DNA of 64,000 nucleotides from Patescibacteria group bacterium (GCA_041649475.1 JBAZNA010000001.1:124267-188266), one strand, 5' to 3'. Positions 18,442 through 27,837 are shown, counted from the stretch's first letter. The notes: generated by a model from the letters alone, not told the origin. Program-made: numbers and translations.

Positions 18442-19458
18442 CTATTGGCATCTACCTTCAGAGGGGGGGACAGGTTGCCTCTCGGCCGCGAACGCCTTCT
18501 CCACAACCTCGCGCAGCACTAATCCCTTCCCGAACTCGCGAAGCGAGGTCACGATTGGAGCAGAATACCCATACGACACGCGCCTGTACGCGCTTGGTAC
18601 GGGATAGAGAATACGCACCGCCGGGTGCTTGGACCAGTAGAAGTACAACCCAAGACATTGGATCTTGGTGCAGATTGGTACCACCACGATTCGTGGTTGA
18701 ACTCGCCACAGTCGAAGAACACGTTCGCGATGCTGAGCGATGATATCGCGCAAGCGTGATGAGAAGTCGCGTGGTGAAAGGCTGGGCACAAGTTCGGCAA
18801 ACACGTTGTGATGTGCAAGCAGTGGACGATTGACTTCCAGCGCAGTCGTCACGTAGGTCATCGCTACTTCCGGTTGCGTCCAGGGGACGCCTATGGCGGC
18901 AACCGCTATTGCAGGGTCGAGTTCGAGCATGGTTGACAGTCCGCGATCCCCCTCGTAGCCCGCAAGTATGACGGCGAGCAGGGGGGACTGAGGGCTGCAA
19001 AGACCCTCGAATCCAAGCACAGCAACACATTGACGGTGACCAGTACCGGACTCGCCCTGAGCATGTGCCGTATGTCTGGAGCCGCCAACATAGACGACAT
19101 GGCTGATGCGGCCGTACAGCTGATGCAGCAATCGCAGTATGTGGAGCTTGGTCAGACAGGAAATATCAAGGACTATCTCCTTCGCGTCTCCAGCACAGGC
19201 CGCGACTGACCTGACAATCTGGATCTGTGACGAGATGTCACTGCGTATTACCTCATGCCGCACGCCCGCGTCAGCGACCATGAAATCGCATCGATTGACA
19301 TTCGCTATCAGTGCCGGTACCAGCTCCTCGGCTGTCTGATCATAGCGAATCGACAAGACGAGGTCGGGTCTGAAGTTCGACAGGCCGTACTCAAGTGCAG
19401 GCGCACACCGCTCCTCGAAGCTGTACGCATGCACCAAGACTCTAGATGCGTTCGTCAT
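18442..19458 (-). CDS. Hypothetical protein, co-translated partner of the SIR2-STAND gene
   Basis: 338 aa (ORF extends to 19548; start ATG 19458 with GAGG RBS); 17-nt overlap with the upstream gene; no recognised domain. Confidence 0.55.
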   Translation of the reverse strand: MTNASRVLVHAYSFEERCAPALEYGLSNFRPDLVLSIRYDQTAEELVPALIANVNRCDFMVADAGVRHEVIRSDISSQIQIVRSVAACAGDAKEIVLDISCLTKLHILRLLHQLYGRISHVVYVGGSRHTAHAQGESGTGHRQCVAVLGFEGLCSPQSPLLAVILAGYEGDRGLSTMLELDPAIAVAAIGVPWTQPEVAMTYVTTALEVNRPLLAHHNVFAELVPSLSPRDFSSRLRDIIAQHRERVLRLWRVQPRIVVVPICTKIQCLGLYFYWSKHPAVRILYPVPSAYRRVSYGYSAPIVTSLREFGKGLVLREVVEKAFAAERQPVPPSEGRCQ

Positions 19459-21832
19459 TGGGGACCTCAGACTCGCCAGCGAGAGGCAGCTGCATTTGAA
19501 GCGCGTCCGAGGGCAAGAGTGCCGCGAGGAACCCCTGCGGGTTCTCAACAGCCAGCTTCAAGTGCTTGGCCTGTAGTTCTCTCTGATGATGGTCCTCCAA
19601 GCTCAAATGGTACCGAGGGCACAGCAGGCGATGCAGCCGGTACGCGCTCATCGGAGTCAGCTGCGCTGGCGATAGGGACTGCCGGAGATTGGCACGCTGT
19701 AGTACTCCCAGCGTCAAGCAACCTTCAAGCAGTTCCCGAGTCGCCACGTCGAGATTTCCCGGGTCGGTGACGACGAAGCGGAGCGTCCTTTGAGATGTCT
19801 TCTCGGCGCGGCGCTTGCTGTACTCCGCCAGACTATCGAGCAAGATTCCTATGCGATGGCCGGCGGCGCCTCCCCTGCGAGTCTCAGACGAGAAGACGTG
19901 CGAATGGTCGCTGATGACGCGACTCTGAATACGAACGTCAATGGGAGACGACAGGCGCTTGGGCTCGACGTTGACGCTTCCTTGTGCGTCGGTGACGATG
20001 TCTTTGCACAGCTCGAGGAACTTCGAAATGTGACCAGATGAAAGCCGGACGATTTCGTTGAAGCCTGCGTACCCGCTCTCCGGGGGAGTCTCAAACGCAG
20101 GCAGAAGCTCCCTTATCGACGCAAGCGCAGAGCCGAAATTGGAGAGGCGTCGGTTGGCGATGTCCTCAACGTAATGGGGATATCGTTGGCTTGCGCCCCC
20201 GAAGAGCAGCTCATGGTCAAGGTCCGCAATTCGATAGTCTTCATTGGGCTGCAGGGTTCCGAGAGCGGCTCCCGACAACGCGGAGTATGCGCACGCAACC
20301 TTGACGTCGAACCTCCTTGCGGAGATCCAAGAAGCGATGGGATCGAACTGCTCATCGGAGCCCTCGAAGTCGTCGATCATCAGGACGAGGCGTTGGCGTG
20401 CAAGCGGTGGAACCTGTGCGGTGAGAAGAGATACCAGGTCAGAAACGGTGGTGGCCCCAGTACAAGCAGACGCATCAATCCTAGAGCGGTCAATCAGAGA
20501 ACGGGCCTTGCGGATCTCGAACGGTAGGTGTTGGAGAGGAACCTCAGCCGCATCGTCGGTCAAGCGGAGCAGGACGCAAATATCGCGCAGTGTTCGGGCT
20601 CCGGCGAGCAATGTCGGGAAACGATTGCACACCGCGCACAGGCACTCCATGATGCTCTCTGCTACGACTAGGTTCAGGTAATGCTGATAGAAGAGCCGCC
20701 ATTGGCCGGGGTTCTCTTCGGTCAGTCGTTGAGTAGCCATCCGGATATCGCGTCCGAGCTTCACGTAGACGGCCAGGGTAGCAAGTGCGGACGGGTCCGC
20801 CATCGTTTCGAGGTGCCCCCGCGTTGTGAGGGCTCGGAGAAGCATGGATTTCCCGGTGCCTCGCCCTCCGAGCAGGATTGTGTTGCCCGGCGACGTGACC
20901 GTGCCGGTCACGGTCGGGTGGTTAATGAACAAACTCACAACTAGGGAGTCATCTGGAATCTGGTCTGTTTTCCAAAACAAGAACGGATTGGTCGCCTCGG
21001 GCAGGGTCTCCTTCTCATGACGGGCCAAGGCGCGCCCCACTACGGGCTCGTTTGTTTGAAGTGCCTGCGTGTGACTTCGCAGCGCGCGGAAGAACTCACT
21101 CGCATTCATGGGTACTGGTACTACTTCGGCGAGCTCGCGAAATCGTCCTACATCCTCGAGATGAGGATGAGGATTGACGACGAAGAGCAGCGGTTTCTGA
21201 CCAGAGGCTTTCAGGGAGAGAAACCACCGTATGCAGTTGGCATCGCGGCCACGGAAGCCAACGAACACGAGGGGACCGCCTACGCAGAGCGTGACGATTC
21301 TCGGCAGTACGAGTTGCAGGTACTTGACGCATCTCTCCTCGATGTCAGAGTCGGTAAGACAATAGGGGCCCGCCCGGTTGATGCACCCATATATTTTGTA
21401 GAGCTTGCGACTAGTCGGTCGCTGGTCAGCCTGAGGAATATCCTGATCGCAGGTCACCACTTCTAGGTGCGTCGAGTCGTGTACCGTCTCTAGGAGCGTG
21501 TCATAGTTGGTCGTGACGATGTTGTCGATTCTCTCCAAGTCACGGAATAGCTCATAGGGCTGGCGACTCGCGGCCTTCTGGCTCTCCTTCAGTGTGTTCT
21601 GAACGAACGCGTCAAGTTCCACCCTCATGCGTCCCGTGCCGAGGAACCGCTCAGCGACCATCCCGAGGTCGTCCGTAGGGGGAAGCTCGAATCTCTTCGC
21701 GATTAGGCGAGCAAGTTGAGCCGCGCTCGGAAGGCCCGCGTCGATGCCGACGCCAGCACCGAGGAAGAACATCAGCCTGCCTTGCCTCAGGTAGTCGGCC
21801 AAGATGCGGACGGGATCGGGTACTTGGCTCAT
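19442..21832 (-). CDS. SIR2-like (SIR2_2/DHS-like NAD-binding) domain fused to STAND-type P-loop NTPase, Avs5-like architecture
   Basis: N-terminal FFLGAGVGIDAGLP...IVTTNYDTLLE...YKIYGC...FVGFRGRD (SIR2_2 motifs); central Walker A LLGGRGTGKSMLL and Walker B LVLMIDDFE; helical C-terminus; RBS AAGGGGG. Confidence 0.75.
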   Translation of the reverse strand: MSQVPDPVRILADYLRQGRLMFFLGAGVGIDAGLPSAAQLARLIAKRFELPPTDDLGMVAERFLGTGRMRVELDAFVQNTLKESQKAASRQPYELFRDLERIDNIVTTNYDTLLETVHDSTHLEVVTCDQDIPQADQRPTSRKLYKIYGCINRAGPYCLTDSDIEERCVKYLQLVLPRIVTLCVGGPLVFVGFRGRDANCIRWFLSLKASGQKPLLFVVNPHPHLEDVGRFRELAEVVPVPMNASEFFRALRSHTQALQTNEPVVGRALARHEKETLPEATNPFLFWKTDQIPDDSLVVSLFINHPTVTGTVTSPGNTILLGGRGTGKSMLLRALTTRGHLETMADPSALATLAVYVKLGRDIRMATQRLTEENPGQWRLFYQHYLNLVVAESIMECLCAVCNRFPTLLAGARTLRDICVLLRLTDDAAEVPLQHLPFEIRKARSLIDRSRIDASACTGATTVSDLVSLLTAQVPPLARQRLVLMIDDFEGSDEQFDPIASWISARRFDVKVACAYSALSGAALGTLQPNEDYRIADLDHELLFGGASQRYPHYVEDIANRRLSNFGSALASIRELLPAFETPPESGYAGFNEIVRLSSGHISKFLELCKDIVTDAQGSVNVEPKRLSSPIDVRIQSRVISDHSHVFSSETRRGGAAGHRIGILLDSLAEYSKRRAEKTSQRTLRFVVTDPGNLDVATRELLEGCLTLGVLQRANLRQSLSPAQLTPMSAYRLHRLLCPRYHLSLEDHHQRELQAKHLKLAVENPQGFLAALLPSDALQMQLPLAGESEVPNDERI

Positions 21833-21927
21833 GAAGCACCCCCTTACAGAGGCAGCCTATCATGGTCAAGGAGCCACGTCAGCTGCGTGAGGAAGTTGGC
21901 CGGATGCCGGCTTGGCCAGGCAGGATG

Positions 21928-21950
21928 CGCGTGTAATTCCAATTACATGC
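21928..21950. repeat. Recombinase-site-like element CGCGTGTAATTCCAATTACATGC (7-bp inverted arms); left partner of 23577..23599
   Basis: TGTAATT-CC-AATTACA internal palindrome; inverted partner downstream; third partial copy GTGATTCCAATTCC at 21997. Confidence 0.4.
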
Positions 21951-22019
21951 TATTATGTGATTGACACGGGCAAGCGAGCGCGTAAGCTCGGAGCCGTGAT
22001 TCCAATTCCTCCCCAGGAT

Positions 22020-23012
22020 ATGAATGAACTGGCTCGGTCCTTTGAGGGCTATCTGCGCGTCGAGCGCGGCCGTAGTCCGATGACCATCAAGCGCTATCTC
22101 TCGACCCTCACCAAGTTCGCCGCCTATATTGACGCGGAGAACGCGGACCTGGTTCTTGAGAAGGTGGTCAAGGCCGACCTGGTCAAGTTCCTGCGGCAGT
22201 CAGCCGGCGACGGTAATGAGCCGTCGCGGACCACCTGGAATCTGGCCCTCGCTTCGCTTCGCTCGTTCTACGAGTATCTGTTCAAGACGGAGGTCATCAA
22301 CGTGAATCCGGCCATGCGTATCGACCGGCTCAAGACCAATCTTCGAGAGCCGACCCCTCTGTCCCTGGACGAGTACCTTGCCCTGGTCGAAGCAGCGGAG
22401 CAGCTATCAGCCAAACCTGTGCGTTCGCGGAACGCGGTCATCATCCACGTCCTGTTTCACTCCTCGCTCCGCGTGCGTGAGGTCTGCTCGCTCAACCTCG
22501 ACCACCTGGACTTTGACAATCGATGGTTTTCAAACATCAGGACTAAGGGAAGCAAGTGGCTGTCGCTTCCCTTCAGCGACCTGGTATCGGCCGCCCTTGA
22601 GCGCTATCTCAACGATCGCACTCATCTGGCGGCCAACAAAAAAAACGGCGAGCCCGAGCTCGCCCTGTTTCTCTCCACCAGAGGCACCCGCCTCTCAATC
22701 CGCGCCATCGAGGAGATGGTCACAAACTGCGCCCAGCAAGCGGGGATCTCTCGTTCGGTCGGCCCCCACCTGGTCCGCCACTCTGGGGCCACCGGAATGT
22801 CCGAGTTGGGTACCCCGCTATCCGTTGTTCAGGAAATCCTCGGCCACGCGTCAGTATCGACGACCCGTCGCTATGTCCATGTCCGCGACGTTGCCAGGCG
22901 AAACGCGGTTGATTCCCTCGGGAAGGAGGTCACGAAGCGACTTCGTGACCGAACTCGCAGGCCGTCTCGTCGTTCCACCAGCACACCCGACGTCGGATTC
23001 AACGAGCAGTAG
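22020..23012 (+). CDS. Tyrosine recombinase, XerC/XerD-like
   Basis: N-terminal SAM-like domain (FEGYLRVERGRSPMT...), catalytic RVREV..., LVRHSGAT, HASVSTTRRYVHV (R-H-R-Y). Confidence 0.8.
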   Translation: MNELARSFEGYLRVERGRSPMTIKRYLSTLTKFAAYIDAENADLVLEKVVKADLVKFLRQSAGDGNEPSRTTWNLALASLRSFYEYLFKTEVINVNPAMRIDRLKTNLREPTPLSLDEYLALVEAAEQLSAKPVRSRNAVIIHVLFHSSLRVREVCSLNLDHLDFDNRWFSNIRTKGSKWLSLPFSDLVSAALERYLNDRTHLAANKKNGEPELALFLSTRGTRLSIRAIEEMVTNCAQQAGISRSVGPHLVRHSGATGMSELGTPLSVVQEILGHASVSTTRRYVHVRDVARRNAVDSLGKEVTKRLRDRTRRPSRRSTSTPDVGFNEQ

Positions 23013-23095
23013 CAAGACGAGCGGATAGGATATCGATGGACAGGCACCATGGCTTCCGATAGCATCGCAGCAATCCACTAGGAGGCCTGACGAGA

Positions 23096-23566
23096 ATGGC
23101 GCGTCCACGAAAAGGTGATTTCAAGGCCGAGCTTCGACCAATCGTTGAAGACTTCGTCGAGCGCATCGCGCAGTTGATGCAGACTCGCGCTCGTGATGAG
23201 ATGAGGGGCAAGCTCGAGGTTCTTCTCGAGGAGACTCCGCCCATCGCGACCAAGGGAACCAGGGGACGCAAGGGCCCGCGCAAGGCCAAGCCTTGCAGGG
23301 TTCCCGACTGCGGCAAGCCCAGCAAGGGCCCGCGCTTCAACTTCTTCTGCGCGGACCACTGGGAACTCCCAGCCGAAGAGAAGGCCAAGATCGTGGCCGC
23401 GGACAAAGCCGCCAAGAAGGCCGCCAAGGCTTCCGGTCGGACTGGCGGTGAGCAAGCCGGCTCTGGCGAAGGCGCAGCAGCCAATGGCACCAAGCCAGCC
23501 GCCAAGCGTGCCGCGACCAAGAAGGTCGGCAACGCCAAGAAGCGACGCAAGTCAGCCAAATCCTAG
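23096..23566 (+). CDS. Lys/Ala-rich histone H1-like DNA-binding protein with a Cys/His zinc-knuckle
   Basis: KAAKKAAK repeats, CRVPDCGKPSKGPRFNFFCADHW. Confidence 0.5.
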   Translation: MARPRKGDFKAELRPIVEDFVERIAQLMQTRARDEMRGKLEVLLEETPPIATKGTRGRKGPRKAKPCRVPDCGKPSKGPRFNFFCADHWELPAEEKAKIVAADKAAKKAAKASGRTGGEQAGSGEGAAANGTKPAAKRAATKKVGNAKKRRKSAKS

Positions 23567-23576
23567 ATCGGCCGAC

Positions 23577-23599
23577 CGCGTGTAATTGGAATTGTCCGC
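23577..23599. repeat. Recombinase-site-like element CGCGTGTAATTGGAATTGTCCGC (inverted partner of 21928..21950)
   Basis: Reverse complement GACAATTCCAATTACACGCG matches site 1 at 17 of 20 positions. Confidence 0.4.
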
Positions 23600-23737
23600 A
23601 ATAGTTAGTGGGTGTGGATAACTCCACAGTGAATTGCGTGCCCATAAGACCAGGAGGGAATGACAACGCAAGGCTTATAGCTCTATCCGGATTCGTCACA
23701 ACCAACGGCAATGCAGGTCGCGAAAGGGGAAACAGTC

Positions 23738-24247
23738 ATGAGGGTGTGTAGCGTCACTATCCTATCCGTAGTCCTCGCAGTGGCAGGCATAGGGTGCGGG
23801 CTGATGAGCGACGGATCGAAGGGCTCGTCGACGCCTGCCGCAAGTTCGGCCAAGCCGGCCTCTCTCGACGCTTACCAAATGGCACCCTACAAGAAGCTCG
23901 GCAGCGAGGCGTTCGTCGACGAGTACAAGGGGAAGTACATTCGCTTCAAGGCCATGTTCATTGGCGAGTGGACAATCGTCAACAACTACAAGCTCGGCGG
24001 GATTGAGACCGATGGCCGTGTCTTCGTGAACCACCGCGATGCCGACTACCAGACGACCGCCACGCCCCTCGGCCCGAGTGATTCTGAGTTTCCGCCGTTC
24101 GTCCTCTCTGTGCCCAAGAGCGCCAGCGACTTCGTCTATTCCTCGAAGCGCGGCGACATCATCGAGGTCTGGGGGAGGGCTGAGGAGGCCAACGTTCCGG
24201 GCAAGCACACTGTGCACATCCTCGTAGATAGGATCCAGAAGCCGTAG
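23738..24247 (+). CDS. Secreted lipoprotein, hypothetical
   Basis: Signal peptide with lipobox-like LAVAGIGCG; RBS AAGGGG 8 nt upstream of ATG 23738. Confidence 0.5.
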   Translation: MRVCSVTILSVVLAVAGIGCGLMSDGSKGSSTPAASSAKPASLDAYQMAPYKKLGSEAFVDEYKGKYIRFKAMFIGEWTIVNNYKLGGIETDGRVFVNHRDADYQTTATPLGPSDSEFPPFVLSVPKSASDFVYSSKRGDIIEVWGRAEEANVPGKHTVHILVDRIQKP

Positions 24248-24337
24248 CGCCGCGAGGCTCGCCGGGATTCCTACAGGCGGGCCAGGGGGCCCGACAGGCC
24301 ACACCATCCCTCCCTGCTCTCCCATCAAGGCTGCAAT

Positions 24338-24475
24338 TCTCGTAGCTGGCCGAGTGCTCCTAGTCGCCCCGAACGCGATCTCGCTTGCCGTGGCCGCATG
24401 ACGGTGCGTAGGATCGAATCAGGCTCCACGGAGCCTGGTCGCCGGCCAGCTGCCCCCCAGGCTGGTCGGCGGCCA
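24338..24475 (+). repeat. Direct repeat copy 1 (about 140 bp) with conserved hairpins
   Basis: About 75% identical to 24938..25077; contains CAGGCTCC-AC-GGAGCCTG and GCCGGCCAGC...GCTGGTCGGC stems. Confidence 0.5.
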
Positions 24476-24643
24476 CTTCCTCGGAGGCAGATTCTCCCTC
24501 AAGCAGAGAGGCCCTCCTTCCGATGAAGATGTTCGTGGCCAGGGACTCGGGGCCAACGCGGATCATCGTCGATGCCGTCCCTCCGACAGGTGGGCAGGCT
24601 TGCAGATCGACATTGCGGCGAAACTCAAGGGCGCGAGGTCAAG

Positions 24644-24853
24644 ATGGCTTGGGTCACTGAATTCGATCTCAATGGCAAACAAGTCGTCCTTTTCGTCGTG
24701 AGCGTGGTGCCGCCGAGCGAGCTGGGCATGCTGGAGTACTCCGACCCGCTGACAGGGACGAGGAAGAGGTTCAGCGGCAACATCCTGACTTGGCAGGAGC
24801 ACACCGGATCGTGCCCTGACGGTGCAGCGCTTGCGCATCCGGTCCATGAATAG
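24644..24853 (+). CDS. Hypothetical small protein between the direct repeats
   Basis: MAWVTEFDLNGKQVVLF... about 70-aa ORF. Confidence 0.3.
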   Translation: MAWVTEFDLNGKQVVLFVVSVVPPSELGMLEYSDPLTGTRKRFSGNILTWQEHTGSCPDGAALAHPVHE

Positions 24854-24937
24854 GAGGCAGGCAGGGAGACACGCTTCTTGCCCCGACGCGCCCGAGAACC
24901 GACCGCGGCGCCTTCTCGCTTGCCCCCCAGGGCTGTG

Positions 24938-25077
24938 TTCTTGTAGCTGGCGGAGCCGCTCCTTGTCGGCGCGATCGCGATCCCGCTTGCTCGGTCCTCA
25001 TCGCCGCGCGTAGGGTCGAATCAGGCTCCATGAAGCCTGGTCGCCTGCCAGCCGCCCCCACAGGTTGGCAGGCGACC
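24938..25077 (+). repeat. Direct repeat copy 2 (about 140 bp), hairpins maintained by compensatory changes
   Basis: TCGCCTGCCA...TGGCAGGCGA stem replaces the GCCGGCCAGC...GCTGGTCGGC stem of copy 1. Confidence 0.5.
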
Positions 25078-25145
25078 GATGTTTCTCTCGCAGGAGCGGA
25101 CCGCTGTGTCACTAGGGGACGCCGCTTCTACGACAAGGACGATCA

Positions 25146-26606
25146 CTATTCCTGAGAAATGCAGGTCCTCATGCGCCAGTATTCCTGAAGCGCCAGTGCA
25201 GCGAGGTTCATCCATTGACGGCCGCTATCGTCCTGACGCCAGTTGGCGAGTAAGTTGAAAACTGAGCGCCTGTCAGTGCTAATCCAGTCCAAGCGGCCGT
25301 GCTCGAACACCGCTTGGCAAGCCTCGACGCGTTCCACTATCTGGCTCTCAGGGAGTCGGGCGCGAACGTGCGCCACGACGTGTACCAGAGGGCCATTGAG
25401 ATTGTACCCGAACCAGGATACCTGTATGGGGCCGTGCTCACTTGGCATGAGTCCAACTTCCTCGTTCAAGCAGCGTTCTGCCAGATGAACTAAATCCTCC
25501 TGATAACCAGAAACCGCAAGCGGCGAGACCATAGTTTCATTCGGGCCAATGGTCCACATGTTCTGTGACGTTCTGACTGAACGTGAGCGTTTGATGGCGA
25601 GCAACCGACCGCTACTCGCCAATACCACTACATTCATGGCAATCACGGACCGCGGGGCGCGCCTTACCACGTCGCGCGGGGCGCTCGTTCGGAGACGCTG
25701 CTCCACATGGCTTCTTTCGTCACTTGTCATGCAGGCGTTGGCGGCCAGGAAGTCGCCATAGACGCTCGGAGCAATGTACATTCGAAAGACTTGGCCCCGC
25801 ACACTTTCGCGATGATCGATTTCGTAGTCAACGAGATGGGAGGACGGACCTCCGGGATCGGTGACGTCCTTGGTTGCGTTGGCCAGTCGTTTGGGATCCA
25901 CCCAGTCCTGTGTTGAGGGCGGGTGGACGACCACTACTTCCTGCCGATCACGCGTGAGCTGCCTTGCCGGAGACCAGCGGTTGAGGCAGATGAGGTGCTC
26001 CTGCTCGGGTTCAAACAACGGCAGCTCGCCAGTAGTCACCTGATCAGCAACCGCAGAAGCCGCCCGCCCTGTTCTCTGCTGGCGCGGGTTAGGCAAGCCG
26101 CGCCTTAGGGGGCCGCCGATTTTTCTCACCGCCAACCGCTGTGGTCGTTCGTGGAGAAGATGTCGGAACTCCCGTTGTTCTCCGGGAGTGAAGAGGAGCC
26201 TGTGGTACTTGGACCCAGCCTGCTTGATCGCATTACCCCCTTCAAACGCTTCCCACTTGCGAGCAGAACTCGCAATGCGAAACGCTTTGACTTCCTCCTC
26301 AGTGAAATTGCCCTCGATGTACTTTGAGAGAAGCTCGAAAACCGCGCGTCGGCCTGCCTTCTTGTTGGCTACCGCGGCCCAGATGACCATCTGACGTACG
26401 CCCTCGGCTATTGTTGTCTCGCGATTCTCCTTGGCCAGGGCAATGACGCGTTTTGCAAACCGATGCTGGTGTTCGGTAGCTCCCGCAGCATGCACCCCGT
26501 TGAGAGTTGCCTCTCGTCTGCGACCGCTGCCGTGATGGAGTGTCGTTGAACTGCTCCTGATCTTCACGCTGCGTCGACTGCCAGAACCTCGGGAACCGCG
26601 AGACAT
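25146..26606 (-). CDS. Large hypothetical protein with C-terminal NUDIX-like box
   Basis: 486 aa; GPNETMVSP...AERCLNEEVGL resembles GX5EX7REUXEEXGU; rest unrecognised. Confidence 0.45.
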   Translation of the reverse strand: MSRGSRGSGSRRSVKIRSSSTTLHHGSGRRREATLNGVHAAGATEHQHRFAKRVIALAKENRETTIAEGVRQMVIWAAVANKKAGRRAVFELLSKYIEGNFTEEEVKAFRIASSARKWEAFEGGNAIKQAGSKYHRLLFTPGEQREFRHLLHERPQRLAVRKIGGPLRRGLPNPRQQRTGRAASAVADQVTTGELPLFEPEQEHLICLNRWSPARQLTRDRQEVVVVHPPSTQDWVDPKRLANATKDVTDPGGPSSHLVDYEIDHRESVRGQVFRMYIAPSVYGDFLAANACMTSDERSHVEQRLRTSAPRDVVRRAPRSVIAMNVVVLASSGRLLAIKRSRSVRTSQNMWTIGPNETMVSPLAVSGYQEDLVHLAERCLNEEVGLMPSEHGPIQVSWFGYNLNGPLVHVVAHVRARLPESQIVERVEACQAVFEHGRLDWISTDRRSVFNLLANWRQDDSGRQWMNLAALALQEYWRMRTCISQE

Positions 26607-26856
26607 CGATTCGTTCTCCTCGGTATCCGCTTACCAGAAGCTTACCACGCACTGACCGTGTACTTACCTTCGCGCGCGCGGGCTCGCGGAAAATGAACGC
26701 ATACGAAAAAGCACCCTCTGCGCGAGGGTGCGACGAACAAGGAGAAACGCGAACGGATATCAACGAGTGAAAATGTGAGGAGCCGCGACTCGGCGCAACG
26801 GTGTTAGAGCACCGCCGCTAAGGAACGGCACACGCAACCCCCTTACAGGCAGGAGG

Positions 26857-27837
26857 ATGCACATGCAGCACCGACCGAAGACGCGGCCCCTCGGGCTGGG
26901 CGTCAAGTACCCGCGCAACCCGAGTGGCCACATTCCGGCAACCTTATCCCACATGTACCACAATGTGGGCTCCTTCGTCAATCACCCCGCTGTGGATAAC
27001 TCTCCCTGCTTCTTGGTCATGCTGTCGACCGTTGGCCTGTTGCTGGCTTGTCTGTTCGCCGCCGGCTGCATGCCTGACGCCCCGTTGTCGCCGGCCTCGT
27101 CCGACACCGTCGGGTCATTGGCGTCTCCGTCCTCGCCAGCATCCACCACCTCCCCGATTTCAACGAGGAAGCGGCGCGAGGTGGGGGTGCTCGTGCATGT
27201 TGTCGACCAGAGCACATCCACCTCGGCCGACTGGCGCTGTGAGGAGGTGCTCGCCCGTGTCATCTCCACGATGAGCCTGCCGGGCATACGCGCGCTCGAT
27301 GTCATGGTTCTGGGCACCGGCGGAGCATTCAACAACGAGCCGAGCATCATCGTCCCATGGATCCGCTTCCGGCCGCGTCACGACCCCTTCACTCCCGGCG
27401 ACAGCATCGAGGTCCAGCGCCAGCGCTACCTCAAGGACATCCACGCCCAGTGCTCGGCGCACATTTCGCGGACCCACAGCTCGCCGATTTTCACGGCCAT
27501 CGCCCGCGGGGTGGAGAGCCTGCGCGCGCACTGCTCGGAGGTGGAGCGCTCCGGCGATCGGTGCACCCGCAAGCACGTCTCCGTCGCCTCGGACATGCGC
27601 GAGAACGGCCAGGCGTCGATCACAGCGCGCCTCTACCGGCGCCACCCGCGCTTCTCCACCGGCACGCTGCCGGTGATTGAGATCGACAACGACATCACCC
27701 TCAGCATCTGCGGGGTCGCCAACTACTCGGACACCGATTCCGTCTCCGGCTCGCGCCTGCGCGCCGTCTGGACCGAGGTGTTCAGCAACCGGCTGCCGGC
27801 CTTCGACGCTGCCTGCGCCCGCACCTCGGTGCAGTGA
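26857..27837 (+). CDS. Lipoprotein, hypothetical (first gene of a 4-gene membrane cluster upstream of coupling ATPase 2)
   Basis: Signal peptide plus lipobox LLLACLFAAGC; RBS AGGAGG. Confidence 0.5.
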   Translation: MHMQHRPKTRPLGLGVKYPRNPSGHIPATLSHMYHNVGSFVNHPAVDNSPCFLVMLSTVGLLLACLFAAGCMPDAPLSPASSDTVGSLASPSSPASTTSPISTRKRREVGVLVHVVDQSTSTSADWRCEEVLARVISTMSLPGIRALDVMVLGTGGAFNNEPSIIVPWIRFRPRHDPFTPGDSIEVQRQRYLKDIHAQCSAHISRTHSSPIFTAIARGVESLRAHCSEVERSGDRCTRKHVSVASDMRENGQASITARLYRRHPRFSTGTLPVIEIDNDITLSICGVANYSDTDSVSGSRLRAVWTEVFSNRLPAFDAACARTSVQ

